From Hydrolagus colliei (lineage: Eukaryota): 64,000 nt of DNA. Where the stretch lies: assembly GCA_035084275.1 (NCBI GenBank), contig CM068756.1:9300001-9364000 (forward strand), given 5' to 3'. Both the position numbers and the translations under genes were made by a program. Shown piece after piece: positions 27,211-41,679 of this stretch (its first letter is position 1; every line of letters starts with the position of its first letter). A model generated the notes under the pieces. That model worked only from the letters and a program-made list of their open reading frames with translations, did no database searches and was not told where the DNA came from.

Positions 27211-28618
27211 TATAAAATATACTCTCTCTGTAGCATACCTTTTGCTACTTTTATTGTGCTTGGAATTATTGTATGGAAGGTTCTGCTCAGGTAATATTTT
27301 TCTTTGTCTATCCACATTCTGGGTCAATCTCGTGTGAAGTCAAGTGAAATTTCCCAGATCTCCTTCATGGAACTACTTGTCCATTGGGGGGAGGGTAGTT
27401 CAAACTGTCATAGAATCAAACCCTTACAATAAGATTAAATGAAGAACAGGAAAATATGTACTGTATTACTTCAACATTTAAAACTGATACTAAATTTGTT
27501 TTTAGTGGCAGAAAATAAAACCAAATGCAATGTGCAAACTTTCACACATGCTTTAGAGTAACTCATTTATCTTACCTCATTAACATGTTGGATTTATCAT
27601 ATGCCAAATGCTAGAAAATGGAGAGCTTTCGGTTCTGTTTTCCTTCACAGATATATGATGATCAGTATACGCTGGATCACATTGCTTTTTTTTTACCGGT
27701 CTGAATCTTAACTGCCCAATACAGTTGGCGGAATGACACAGGATCCTTCAGTCAACGAGAACCTTGTACTTTTATTCTAACAATTAGTGCTGAAATGTAT
27801 TGCTCACGAGACTATTAACTGACATGGGAACATGTAGCTACTGGTGGTGAAAGAAAATGATGTTCAGAAAGTCTGCTTTTAAAAAATGACAGACGTTAAA
27901 GTAATGTATTCTTTTTCTTGCACAGTTCACTGAATTTTTAGTAACTGATTTTCACCAAAGTGACAGTTCTTGATGTTTCCAATTCTTTGTTTTCTCATAC
28001 AGTGACTGGTAGAATAAAAACATTTATACACTGGAACGCTTCTTTTCTCTCACCCGATTCCATTACAAATAATCCACATCACAATATAGTTACTACACAC
28101 AGCACCCATTTGATTTAATTTGGGGTATTTTTGTCGATTAGACAAATATTTACGATCCATTTTTTAAGTAGCAATGAAGGTATGTGCTTGGAATATACCT
28201 TCTTGTTTGGCTTTCTTGTTTGGCACTTTAAGTGGAACATTGTATCAAAGGTGGAGGGCATAGATACCATAGATATAGATACCAAACATCACTTTATAAT
28301 TAATTCATAATGTTTCAATATTTTGCATGTTTTTCATGATTAATTGCATGACCACTATTGTAGTGTTCAGATGTCAGATATTGCAAATGAGTACTTTACG
28401 TGCCGTTGTGTAAATATGTTAATAAAAATGGTCACTTTTGGCATTTGTCTCAAGTCCTAAATCTTTAAAATTTTAAACTTGTGTTCTATGCATATGCAAA
28501 ATCAGTTCATTATTTTCATAAAATCATGGCAAAATTGTACATTGCTCAAATAAATAATTAATTTCTGGTAGCCTGCATTTACTTTCTACATAATTTTTTC
28601 TTTTTCTTAACAGTTGGG

Positions 28619-28678
28619 CAGAGGTCCAACTCTATTTGTATAGAGTTGGACCTCTGGGTTTTCCAACTCTATACAAAT
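28619..28678. repeat. Perfect 17-bp inverted repeat with a second overlapping 17-bp inversion
   Basis: cagaggtccaactctat-ttgt-atagagttggacctctg; tccaactctatacaaat (28662-28678) is the reverse complement of 28634-28650. Confidence 0.9.
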
Positions 28679-30224
28679 GGTGGCACAGTTTACACTGAAT
28701 AGATTTTGTGGTTTGAGCCACACTTTTTCCATTAGAGGTTGTGAACATATTCAACTCTGTGAATTAAAATCTTGTAGTCACCTTAATATGACCATCAAAG
28801 CATCAAACACTATTGGATCAGAGTTGCTTTGAAGCATGTTTTTCCATCATTGCCAATACAAAACCCAATATTCTATCTCCACTGTGTCTCGTGTATCAAC
28901 ACTAAATATATTTTCATATCTGATAGTGTATCTCCATTACATATTACAAACTTGTGAAGTGGGAGGGGAGGCAGTTGTCAGTACAGAAGACAAAAGTTTC
29001 TTCCATAATTTACAGAGATGACAGAATTGGCACACAATTATATCACTGTTTTATCGACCACATCTTTATTACTAGAAATCCATGGAGCAGGATCGTGCAA
29101 TGTGAATGTTACTCAATCGCCAACATTATAGTGGTACAGGAAAGTTATCAGAGTAGCCTGTTACAGGAAATGAGTCTGCTTGCCTCTAAACACCCCAATA
29201 TGGAACAACCATCGCTTTAATCATGTACCAATCATAGAATTGAAGTATTTCATTTATCAGGCAAACCATGCAGACTGCTCTCTGGGTTTTTTCAAATTAA
29301 CATTCCAGCAATCTATTAGGGGGGTTCAAATAAATAGTTTGTCCTTTATGCCATGCCTGTAATTGAGCCATCAAATAACACCTATGAAATATTGTGACCC
29401 GGACCATTTAAAAAGAAACCAAACTATTGTGTGGTATGAGGTTAACTCAGGTGGCATGGGGAATCCAGACAAACTCTTAAATCTAATTCTTGCCAGTGTT
29501 TTATTTCCCAAACGAAAAACAATTAAACCCCCCACCCACAAAAACAGCAATCCACAGGAAAAAAAAACCCTCTGTCTACCGTACTTCTGTCACGTTTCCA
29601 GCCCCCTCCCAGAATAAACTGATTTCAGTCTCCCTTCAGAATCACCTTCCTCCCAAAAGCTCTTTTTCAAACATTGCAGCACTGCTGAGCTCTACGGAAA
29701 GCAGCACCACACTGATATTAACCGGGAGCAACTCCCCTGGAAGGCTATTACATGATACTGTATCACACAACCACCATCTGTCATTTTCATGATAAGAACT
29801 CTTTAACAAGTTCAGATGCGAAATCAACAAACTTTTCAAGCAACTGTGCACAGTGCATAAATACAGCTCCCCCATGGTAGTCTGATACACACTTTAGTGA
29901 ACTATTAGGCCGGGGATCCGGTTTATTATAATTATGGGCAATAGTAACAAAAGTGCCGACAGAAACTGGTTGGTTTGTTCCTTTAGTTATTTAATGTTTT
30001 AGTACTAATTTTTGAGAATTTACGTTAAGAATTGATATATTCACAAGGATAAAAATGCAAGCATGATGATTGTATAAAATTATGTGATCTCCTGGTATTA
30101 TTAGCAATTTGATATCTTTACTTTAGCCTTATCTAGTCAAGTATATGGTATACTATACTTGACTATAGTACTAAATAGTATAGTCAAGTGTACAAGTGTT
30201 AGTACACACTATTTCCTATATACT

Positions 30225-30570
30225 GTATTCACATTCAAAGTCCTCCATGGCCTCGCCCCACCCTACCTCTGCGACCTCCTAAACACCTACCAACCTACCT
30301 GCCCCTTCCTGCTCCACGTCCCCCTACCCACTCACCCCATCATTGGTGGGCGAGCCTTCAGCCACTCTGCCTCTAACCTGTGGAATGCCATCCCGCAGTC
30401 CCTCTGCTTTGTCCCCTCCCTAAAGGATCAAGTCCTGCCTCAAAACCCTCCTCTTTGACGGTCCCATCGGTCACCCCAAATCCTCCCCATTCCCTCCACC
30501 CTCCCCGTCCCCAACCCCAGCCCAGGTATGAAACAATAATGTGTACAGCGCCTTGGGATGTCCTCCTGTC
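30225..30570 (+). mobile_element. L2 LINE 3' fragment
   Basis: Translation TFKVLHGLAPPYLCDLL...GGRAFSHSASNLWNAIP is the canonical L2 RT C-terminus, followed by a C-rich 3' UTR. Confidence 0.9.
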
Positions 30571-31059
30571 CTCCTATTGTTCATCAATAACATGTAACAA
30601 GAGTAGCATGTGAAGGTTGGTGTCCCTTTCCCAGGCTAAGCATATTAGGTTGAGCATAGCTAGAAGTCTTGATGCTACCACTGCCATTCGTAAATGTGTT
30701 GCTCTTGAGTTAAGCTATCCAGTATTGTCAGGAATGCAAACAATAAAATTCCAAAGGAGCAGGATTTTTCTTTACCTTAAAACCATAATTTTTAAATATT
30801 ATATTCAAACCAGAGAGCATTCTCTGATCATTAAAAACAATGTTAGGGTGAAATTTCAAATGAATTATTGCAGGCCATCATAATATAATTAATATTTTGG
30901 TTTCTTAATGTAATCAACGCTTTAAAATTCTGAGATTTAATAAAGAGATACATAATTTAAAACTTTTGGCTTCAATTCATTTTCGTAAGTTTCGCTTTTT
31001 TATTATTTGACTCAGAATTTATTCAACATGATCTTTGATCTTTGTATGTTGTAGGGAGA

Positions 31060-31185
31060 ACAGGTTTGTTAGGTTATGGGGTGAGAGGGGGGCAGTGGGA
31101 TTGAGTTGCTCTTTTCGAAGAGCCGGCACAGACTAGATGGGGCGAATGGCCTCCTTTTGTGCCGTAAAATTCTATAATTCTATGG
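31060..31185 (+). mobile_element. CR1 LINE 3' end
   Basis: ...gagccggcacagactagatggggcgaatggcctccttttgtgccgtaaaattctataattctatg, with the CR1 (ATTCTATG)n-type tail. Confidence 0.85.
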
Positions 31186-31779
31186 TGAACTTATATGATA
31201 AAATGATAAGACTGATGAGATTTTGTCAATATCAAACTAAACAAAATTCCATATCCTCATTTTGAAAACCTCCATGAGGCTTATTGCATTTCCACACAAA
31301 AAAAAACTGTCCACTAACTTTAAATGTGAAATTGAAAATCTATACTAATTCTACATTTAATCGACAAGGCAACATGTAATCTACTACAAAAAAGTCAAAA
31401 ATTGTATGTTTGTCCAAGAAAAAAAAATCAATGAAGAGAACAAGAATAAAGACTACATTTCAGTAAATATTTAATATTGTTGCACTTTCATTTATAGATC
31501 CAAATTGTTATGACTGCCAACATTTAGAAACATGCTGCCTTTCTTGAGCTCTGTTGGAGTGTATAATGTATGGTGATTAATGGATTAAATAATACATTCA
31601 GAACATTTTCTGAACATTATTTTTCTCCTGTCAAAAAGTTAGGTATCCAGTGTAGATATTCACAGTCAGTCGGTGCATGCTGAGATTTCTTTTAAATCCA
31701 CGAACATGACATTGTATAAGAGTATATCAATGAAGAAGGGCAAATAAAGACAGCTAAAAACACTTCTCATCGAAACCTC

Positions 31780-32200
31780 TGATTGGCCAGCCTTTCATTC
31801 TGATCACTTGTGGAATAAGGGAAGTCATAGAGATTTCCCTTTTGCACAAAGTAATCAGAGCTGCAGTTATCGCTTGTTGCCTCCAGCAAATGGCAAAAGG
31901 AAATTAGAAAAGTCCAATGAAGCTGAGAAGTAATTAATCATTATACAGTAGAGCCTGTCAAATGTAGGGTCTTTCAGCTGAGAATGCAGCCCAGCACAAT
32001 TTAGGCTCATAGAAATTACATTTTTTTTCCTCTGGCAAAACAAAAAGACCACCGTTAGCACAAGTGCTGCCAACTATTTTATTTAATGTCTGTCCATTTA
32101 TTGCGAACACATCAAATGTCTAACTTTCACACAAATCTACAAGCGCTATTTATAGCTCATGTTGAAATTTAATGTCAATTTCTTGAAATCTACATCAATT
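31780..32200. promoter_or_regulatory. Candidate conserved non-coding element
   Basis: Repeat-free block with GTAATTAATCATTA, CTGTCAAA and TTTAATG cores. Function inferred. Confidence 0.4.
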
Positions 32201-33009
32201 GAATTGTAAGTGGAATAATATGCAACTACTTCTCTGTTACAAGAAATATTAAAGAACAGATTGCTTACTTGGTTCTTATCAAATAGAATAAAGTCTTGTT
32301 ATTCCCCTTATAATATCAATTCAAAATGCCACAGTTCACGATCTCTCATTTATCTAGTTAGTAATTGACAGTTATTGGTGTTAACTGTTATGCTGTTTAA
32401 GACATAAAGGTCAAGTGTGTGCAACAAAATATGTTACTTCAAGATAGTTTTCAAACATTCACAACAGTTTTCGCTGATTTGTTTACAGACTGTGTGTAAA
32501 GGCCAAATAATTGGGGGAGGACTTTGTTTAAAAAATCTCCTCTGATACCAAGGATAGGATAAGCAAACACTGCGCTTATACACTGAAATGGAAGATGAAA
32601 GGCAGCCATCTGCCCTTTTGTGGTCAAAGAGTCTTATCTACCGACGAGAGTCTTAACTGGTTTGAGCAAGCACAAGTGACCTGCACTGAGTGGTGTGTTC
32701 AAAGTGTTTTTCAAAAAAGATAATGTTGTCCAAAATGCCTCTCTTAAATTATTTGGATGAATATGATACCTTTGTGACCCTTTCACCCACAGTCCCCATC
32801 AAACACTCATTTTAAAACCATTTCATCTATTCATTTCACTTTTTTAAAAAAAGTGGCAGTGTAATGCCTGCACCCAAAAGGGCTTCAAGAAACTTCTTGT
32901 TTTCTAATAAATAACACAGCGATGCAGGTAAGTCACATATTTTTGGGATCGGCTGGGTATCTGACAAATGCGGATTCCTATCACTATGCTGAAGAGTACA
33001 CAACACAAG

Positions 33010-33135
33010 TTGAGAACATAAGAATAAGGAGTAGGCCATTCGGCCCCTCGAGCTCGCCCTGCCATTCAATAAGATCATGGCTGATCTTCTAATCTAATTC
33101 CACCTGCCTGCCTTATTCCCATATCCCTTAATCCC
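33010..33135 (-). mobile_element. CR1 LINE 3' end
   Basis: agaacataagaataaggagtaggccattcggcccctcgagc...ccattcaataagatcatggctgatc, the typical chondrichthyan CR1 terminus. Confidence 0.85.
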
Positions 33136-34111
33136 TGAGGTTTCCATGCATCCCACAACATGGAAATCCCAGAGATAGATGGAATGGAAGGCCATTTAGC
33201 ACACAAAGTCTGCACTGAGCCACCCAATATTTTTGGTGGTCAGTCAGGAAACCCATCACCAGGCGTGTTCGAACCAAACAGCATTCCAACATATGTGCAT
33301 TAACTACACATGGAAATGTTCCTATCCCTGGAATAGAATGTGCACTCTCTCCTTGCTTAACCTGAATGAGCCACCTAATCTAATCCCACACTCCTGCTTC
33401 CACACTACACTCTTCAAAACAACTTTTCTTTTTTTTTACTTTTAAGAATTTAGATGATTCCCACTTGAAAAAGCACTTTTCTCAACAATGGTTTCTAGCA
33501 GAGAATTCCATCCAAACATACATGTTAATATACATATCAGATGACAATATATTTATTCAAACTAAAGCTTCTGGATCTCTCTTCGTGGTGCAAATTATAA
33601 ATATTGACATATTTGACAAAATGTTTACATAGTCTCCTTGTATTTAACGCTGGTTCGTAAAGTAGCTTTTATTCAGTGTTTATTTGAAGAGAAAATACAC
33701 AGCAGGAGAAGAGAGCAGACATCATTTCCAGCATGGTATTTCCACAGCAATATCCCCAACGTTAGATTCAGAGGGTGCACCTTTTACGTCACAGGGTGAC
33801 AATTCATCCCTGTTTATACTCCATAAATGCACAGTAGCTTCATAATGGAATCAGTACTAAAAGACCAGTACTACACCTGATGCCTATATTTCCGACATAC
33901 CAGCCTCAAGTAGAAATCCCACAGTGTAAATGAGACGTTTGATTCTCCCTAAGCTCAATATGAGTCATTCAAAGCTAAGATATTTAGACCCATACCCGCT
34001 AAGGCTCTGTGTTTTTGGTTAATGTAGTCTCAACTTACTGTATTGCTATACTGTATATAGATTTGCTTCCTGTGGATATAAGAAAACACCACGACTTGAT
34101 TCAATAACAAG

Positions 34112-34500
34112 AAGAACAACAAAATTACACTTCTCGAGCAGCTTTCACGTCGGGAGGACGTCACAAGACACTGAACAGTCAGGTGAGGACTGGAGCAAGG
34201 GGGCAGGGCAGGATAGGGGGGAGGGGAAGGAGAAAATTAGGTGGGGAGGGAGAGAGTTGGGAGGGCAGCAGAAGGCACGATCGAAGAGGAGGAGACTGGC
34301 CTTGAAGGAGGCAAGGGAGGAAGCAAAGCAAAGCGACTGTGGGTGGAGTTCCAGAATGTGGGGGCTTAGACATTGAAAGCCTGTCCATCGATGGTAGGGC
34401 GGGTCGGACGGGGAAATGGAACAGACCGGAGTCCGCTGAACAGAGGGATTGGGACAGCAGGTCGGAGAGATAGGAGGCCTTGAAAGTGAGAATACCACCT
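34112..34500 (-). mobile_element. L2 LINE 3' fragment
   Basis: Tail (AAC)n aaattacac...cacgtcgggaggacg and G-rich UTR. It is the reverse-complement homolog of 30225-30570 (GQAFNV*APTFWNSTP). Confidence 0.85.
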
Positions 34501-34763
34501 TAAAAATGCCTCCAATGTTTCTAATGAAAATTGCAAAGGAGAGTTGGGCACATGCATATGACATCAGCATCAAATGTTACACGAACGTAACAGAAATGGT
34601 TACACTCTGAAATTTAATAACAGGAGTGGGAATACCTTTCTTTCCATATTATACTGTAGCACCAAATAGATTCATGTTGACAACGTTTATGCTTTTGAAA
34701 ATATTATCTCTCGTGCTTGCTAATGAATGGAGTTTGTGCAAACACTTTGGAGAAAAGTCTTAC

Positions 34764-34865
34764 CTTCTTTGATGCAAGAGCTGGATCCTGGAGCAAAAGG
34801 TGAGTCAGAGCAGCTGTGTTTCCCATAGCAGCAAAGCACATCCAATCATGTTCCAGTGGATCAAG
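34764..34865 (-). CDS. sowah: Internal coding exon (102 nt, phase 0/0) of Sowah: LDPLEHDWMCFAAMGNTAALTHLLLQDPALASKK
   Basis: Minus strand reads cccttttccaacgcttacag|CTT GAT CCA...AAG AAG|gtaagac. The translation matches the recalled SOWAHA/C motif L(D/E)PxEHxW...G.....L..LL..(D/E)P.L..K(R/K). Paralog (sowah1 vs sowah2) cannot be determined here. Confidence 0.9.
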
Positions 34866-36559
34866 CTGTAAGCGTTGGAAAAGGGACTGGGATCGGGAGT
34901 ATGAAGTGTAAAGTCATAAGGAACGTTTAGAAACTGACGAGAGTTAAGCCGCTTAAAGATCAAGAAAGAGAAAAATGTAAACAAAATTCTTCCAAGAATG
35001 ATAACAGCACTTGATGTTTAACAACAGGATGATGGAATTTCTTTGGAGAGAAAATATAATTATATTCAGCAAAATATTTCTTTCACTTGTCTTAGATGAT
35101 GGATTTTAAAACACAGTATAACTAAAGGTTAAATGTACAACAGACACAAGTTATAAAATACAACATGATCAAAGCCAAGGTTTCGAGACATATATGTTCA
35201 CAAATGATGATAAATCAGTCCCAGAAGAACTGTAAGAAACATACAAATGTAACTACATGGGAGAAAAAGTCAAGGGTTGAGAAAAACAGAGGGAAGAAAA
35301 AGAGTGGAAACAAATGTTGAAGTTAATTCTAATGATCCGGAGCACAGGTCAAATAATTTAGTCTCACAGAAGAAAATCAGACAATATTGTAGGAAAACTC
35401 TGGAGGAACTGGAATAAGGAGGCAATTGTTGGTCTGACAGCAGGGAACTGCTGTGATAATTTGATCTGTGCTTTGTTAATAAATCACTGCACCATTTCTT
35501 CTAGTTTAGTATCTGTTTATGCTTCTACAAATTGAAACCCCACTGGCTATGCACTGCAGAACAACATTCAGTGCAATAACACATAGGCTTGCCGATTAGT
35601 TCAAGGTGGAGAAGGATTAGTCGACCATCCCAAATCTACAGTTACTTCTTCATATTTTGTCTTTCCCTGCTGAGGTAAAGGGGCTCAGACATATGTAAGT
35701 AATAAACTAACAGGCCTCCATCTCCTAGGGGTTGACTCAAAGGAATGCAGAACCAACCTATAAAAATATAATGGACAGCGAGGTAGAGCAGACTAACAGG
35801 AACACAAAACCACATCTGTAAAGCTGTGTGGGGATGCAACACCAGGATGCCCGTAAGTTTTGCGATGTAATAGTGACCTTTTGTGACCCTGAAACATACT
35901 ATTAGAGGTACGATTTGCCAATGTACAGAACTGACAAGAGATCAAAAGCTTGATAAATTAAGAAAGGGGAGATGTTTCACCCGATACAACACATCCGACA
36001 AGAAGCCAGAACTCTTAAATCAATAAAATAATAAATATTCATATCTAGAAACAATTATTAAAGGTGCATATTAGCAGCTAATGACCTATTCTACTTACAT
36101 TTCATGAATAAACTATATTATTCAATACCACTGCAGCCTATTGACAGTTTTATTTTACAAATGCCTAGGTGAGCATAAATAGATTTCACTCTCCATTCCA
36201 AGCAGATCTTCCTCACTGAAGACACAAACTCAAACTGTGAACTATTTAGCCAACAAACTGTTCCTTTGCAGAATGTTTTCATCAGTTTCTTCAGAAAATA
36301 GGTAGTAGTTTCTGCTCCTATGTGTAATACTCAGCCAATACAGCTTGTTATGTGTTGCTGATTTCAGACTAACCTGTAGCATACATGGCTGACATCTAAA
36401 AGTGCTTTTTACAAAATGATGAAGCACATCTATGAAATTACGGACTCACCACAGAGAACTCTTGAAAAAATAGTTAATTTCTTTATTCAATGCAATGAGT
36501 GAACTAAACTAAGGATTCACATGTTTATATTTTACAAAATACACTATTTAAATAAAATC

Positions 36560-36950
36560 ACACCACCAGGAGGACTAACGGAGTATCTTTGTTGTGACCC
36601 TAATCAACTAATTTTGCCATCAAGAAACAAGAGAAACGACAATTCAATAGGCGAGGTGTTAAATACAAATGCCTGCTGGGAGGAGAGTCCTTTGTTCTGT
36701 TCCCCATTAGAACATCCATGAAATAAACACTGACAACATGTTGCTTGGTCAACAAACACAAGTTGATTGATGGTGACAATATATGGCACGCTACAAAAAA
36801 AACTGTCTTCCTTTCAAGTGCTCTTCCATGTGCAGAAATCCAAGTAGGCAAACTTTCAATTGTGGACTGTCTGTCCGAGCCGAGTATTAATTCTGCCATC
36901 AGTTTAAGGATCATTTCCCTTCAAAACTGTGCTCTTCTGAATTGAATAGT
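36560..36950. promoter_or_regulatory. Candidate enhancer with Pbx-Hox plus Meis module
   Basis: TGATTGATGG (36764-36773) directly followed by TGACA (36774-36778), with a second TGACA at 36731. Confidence 0.5.
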
Positions 36951-39900
36951 TGCCCCTTCTTAATGCTGACTGCATTCTTCCCAGTATCAGGAAACTGAAT
37001 CCAAAGACGCTTTCACACACTAATGATGATAAATAGTGGAATTTTGAATTATATTACAAGGTCACTTTTTTCATCAGCATTCACTGTGAGATCAGTTTTC
37101 ATAGGGGAAAGCACACAAAATTGAGTGAACTATTTTATGTCATTAACAACCTGGAGAAGTCTCAAGGCTATCATTGTTCCTGTACTCGATTTGTTGAATG
37201 ATAAAGAACTGTTAATGAAAATTAAGCACACAAACACATCAATCCTGTCTGAGCCAAGAAAATCCTAAGGCAATTTGCTATGAATATATGTTTTTGATTA
37301 TTTACAAGTCAAAAAATATAGAGAAAAATTAGTCTGCAGTTTTGTATCATTTTTCTAGAGTGGCAGCTGCTTTTTTACACTATGCTGCAAAATATTTATA
37401 CACGTTCCTCAAGCCTTTTAAATGTGTTTAGCACTGTTGAAAAATGCAGAAACCTCACTCATGCTTAATAAACTGTTATCATCGAGCACACCAGTGAATG
37501 AAAATGTGTTTGTAAAACACTGTAGAAAGGTCACGCAAAAAAAACTTCATATAAACAGACACACACACACACACATAAAAAAAAGTTTGGTCCATCACTG
37601 ACTGGAAATTAAATATAACAAGCAGAGCAAAAGTCAAGGCCTTTATCAAAGAAACTTTGATAAAGGTTTATATCAAAAGAAAAAAATATTACACTGCAAA
37701 CTTAATATTTTAACCTTTGATTTTACAGCATGACTAAAATCAAGAGGTAAATAGTTGTGCTCCGACGTTACAATACATTTTGTCACAGACAATTTTATAG
37801 GTTAAAGCCAAGCTTTGGCAATAATATGCACAGCACACAGAACTATGGAGTTCAGCTGACTTTATAGTGCTTTGAAATCTAAACCTTCCTTTGTGCATGA
37901 GAATTGCTGGACTATTTTGTTACAATAATAGGCACCGTCAAATGTTATCAAAAGGCTGAAAGGTATGTTGATTATTTATTCTTTTGAAAACTTCCTTGTC
38001 TTGGTTGAATTCCACACGCCATCTTTGGTGTGAGTTTTCCCTTCTTAAGATATCACTGAATATCAAATTAACACCTGTGGCTCTTGGATTCTTCAGTTCA
38101 TGGCTGCATACTACACAGACTGCATTAAAGGTTGAGACCTTAGGGTAGCACCTCATGGCACAATATTATTGCTTTTTCACTATTTACATTTAAGGTGAAT
38201 TTCCTTCAGTTGATTTAGTATGTCAACACTGTTAGACAAACATTACAACAGAATGTGGGAAAAAAAACTTTCCAACTCATATTCTTTACTCCTCTGGGTT
38301 TGAACCGAGCATTTCACTGGGGATGCAATTGCCTTATTGTTGCAGAATAGCTTGTCCTTTAGCACATTTTTAAAACAATGTTTTCAAAAAAAATTGCAAC
38401 GCCTAAAAGTTACATTTATGCAAACGCCAACTGTTTTGTAGCAAAGCTGCATTGCAAAGGTAGGAGTAAGTTCACAAATTACTCTGAAACAATCTGGTTA
38501 AAAGTGCCTATTACAGAGAAGTACTTCAGCTTCCCGCTGCGTTTTATTAGACAAATGTAAAATTAACAACAGTTGAGAGCTATAATAGTCGGTTAGGTTG
38601 GTTCCAACACAAATTTCCAATTTGAGGTCAGGGGGATATACTCAATAAAAGTTTAATGCTGAGGTCATAGAATTGTTGTGGGGCAAACTACAAGCAAATA
38701 TAGCTGTTTAAAATATACATTTTAGTCAAAGCATGCATCACCATTTAAGTCTTGATGAATTAGATACAATTACTAATGAGAGAAAACATTGGTTGATAAT
38801 GTTTACCAAATGGCAATTTTATGTCCTGCCGTTAGGTTGAACTATAAAACCATGTGGAGGAATCTGATCTGCTGTGCTCACTGTGGATGGGAATTATAAA
38901 AGATCACTTCTCAGAGTGAGCCAGGTCATTTAACAATAGTATTCAATCGATGGCTACAGCAGTGTGTAAATGTATAAAACAACTCCTTTCTCAAAGATAC
39001 TTAAGCACATTGCAGGACAAGAACATCTTTCTACTGTGCTTTTTTTCCCTTCAACTTCAGAGGTGCTTGAGAGCAGATCAAGAGGAGATTAGGTTATATT
39101 ATCAGAGATTAGCTTTATTTTTCCACATAAGAGAGCCTTTTGGGTTTTGTTATTCAGTTCGCCCCTCAGGCCTGGGGATAATGCCATTAGAGGCATTTTG
39201 CAGGCAGCGGGGTCCTGTAAATGAGGCCCTGATTTAAGCAGCTTCATGCTGTGCCAGTGTCAAAGTTCTCGCCTGTTTACAGGTGACATCATAAGAACGT
39301 AGCACTGCAGTATGGTCTAACCAGAGGTCATGAATGTATTCAAAGAAATCTGTAATACATATCAGAAACGACCATAAAATTTGGTGAGCAGTGATGTTCA
39401 GTAGTCGCATTCAAAGCAACAGTAAACTCAAAATATGAGGCCACTCTACCAAAGTGCACAAGTAAATAGAATGCAATATCATATTTAAATAGTATCTCCG
39501 TGGTTATCTGTTTTAGAGTGATTTCAAGTTGTGCACCATTTAGAAATATTACAGCCCACCGGTGAACCCTGGCTTGATTTACTGTCTCAGTGCATGAATG
39601 CAGAGGATATTAACTACCATGCGTATGCAGCCAAAGGCCTTCAGGGGAAATACAAACCGATTTCACATTTCTACTGATCACATTACAGCTATTCAACAGG
39701 CCAACAAATAATTTTGTTCATTCACAAGTGGCAAAAAGCTAACTGTATTTGCTGCTTAATAGATTACCAGGTTTAAGATCTACTTAGCATACAACTTGTT
39801 GCTGAGCCTTGCAAAAAGCCAAATACATAATTCACAGACGTATAACGCAAGCAGGTGTCGGAAGCTGGGAACGCTCTGTTGTCATTCCAGAAGTCACAAC

Positions 39901-40769
39901 TTCCTTACAGTATAAACTAGGGAACAGACAGGCTGAATAGACCCCCTAACAATCTTGTTTGTGTAAGCAATCCCACCATCCCGTGCATCCTTCCTCTCCA
40001 ACAACCCCTTCACAGTAAAAGCCTCTATTCTTTGCACAGCTTTTCAATCCATTAGCTTTATTTTTGGAGAAAATACATTTTGTGCTGCGACTTGTGTTAA
40101 AAGACATATTTGTATTGCTTCCTGTGGACTCCAAAAGATTGAGGTAATGCAACAAGTCACCCTATGGATACCAATGTTCTTTTAAAGGTAAAATGGGAAG
40201 AGCTGCTATGGGTCTCTAACAGAAGGTCTTTGTCCTTCAAATGCAAATGAATCGGAGAAAAAAAGTAATCTCAGACAATGAGCAGCATGAAGAATCCATA
40301 GAGACTAGACAGCCTTTTACCCGACTGGCTATAGTGTTTGGCTATGTTTCTTACATTCTTTCCACTATACAAAATGCTTCACGTTGACAACAGCTGCACA
40401 TTGTAAACCTTCTATTTATTTATTAGGCATTTAAATTCCGCCACTTGTTACACTTTTATTTCTTAGTGCTGAAACTGCCCATCTTTGGTTTCAATAATTA
40501 AAAATGTCACACCTTTGATCTAAACAAAAAGTCTGGTAGTGAAAACATACATACAGCAAGGACTTCTAAACAAGACAAAGTAGTATTTATAGTCGGTGGG
40601 AAATAAATACAGTTCATCTGGTTTACAGCTTGCCACTTGCTGTTTAAAATGGGGTAAACAGGAGCAGTGAGTAAATCAAGAATAAAACCAGTTGGTCAAT
40701 GCATATTATTTCATGTAATGTAAGAGCAATTAGGTATTGCATATTCTCTATATGATATATATAATAGAT

Positions 40770-40905
40770 ATGTGGGGACTGTATTCTGCAAAGCGTTTCA
40801 CCTACAAATATACAGTCAATTCCCTGAACAGTATATTCTGTGAAGTGCTTTGAGATGACTCGAAGATGTGATAAGGCACTATATCAACTGCAAGGATTAT
40901 TATTG
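40770..40905 (+). mobile_element. SINE 3' fragment
   Basis: tgtggggactg...tacagtcaattc...tatattctgtgaagtgctttgag...gcaaggattattatt. Confidence 0.8.
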
Positions 40906-41679
40906 AAATGCTGTAAGGCCTGTTAATGATCATGGAGGAAAATGCCACCACCGTCTTCAGCACAACACCAACATTTCCACTTTGCCTGGGATTGAAAACA
41001 TTTTGTGGGGTTAGCTTTCACAGCACCTGAGCAGACTACAAGAAGACACTTTCGATAATGCGCATTTCTCTCTTTTTAATTACTCTAACAAGGCAGATAC
41101 CCTCGCCAACAGTGACAAACCATATCAATCCAACTGTGGAGTGAGTAAGTTTAGGACAGAATGGAGCAACACCAAAATCTTCAGACTTAACATTTGAGAA
41201 AATATAGACACCCCAGAGGGGCAAATAAAAGACACACTGATTTTTAGCAGGAAGCTCAGTATAATAGCAATCTCTTTCCAATGAATTTTGTTCCCGGAAA
41301 ACATTTTTGAGAGAAATAATTGTATTCAGTTTACTCCAGCTGGAAGCCAGAATTAATAGTGCAGCATAATTTTTCATATTTGTCTTATTTCTTGTGAAAT
41401 AAATCTGCAAAACTGCTTTGTAATGTAAACCCTGGGGATTTGTTTTTGTTTCTTTGGAGGTTAATAAAGTACCAATATTCCCATAATTTATGAATTGGAG
41501 TGGAAGGTTTGCACAGGACTATATGTCCTGCTTGATACATGCAGATTTTTTAAACCATCAGACTATTTTTTTTATCCGGGAGCTACACCATTATGGATAG
41601 AGTCTGATTCTGGGTGTATTTGCTTTCATCATTAGCTCTATTAGTGACAATAGGCATTTTACACACTTTAGCAAGACAC

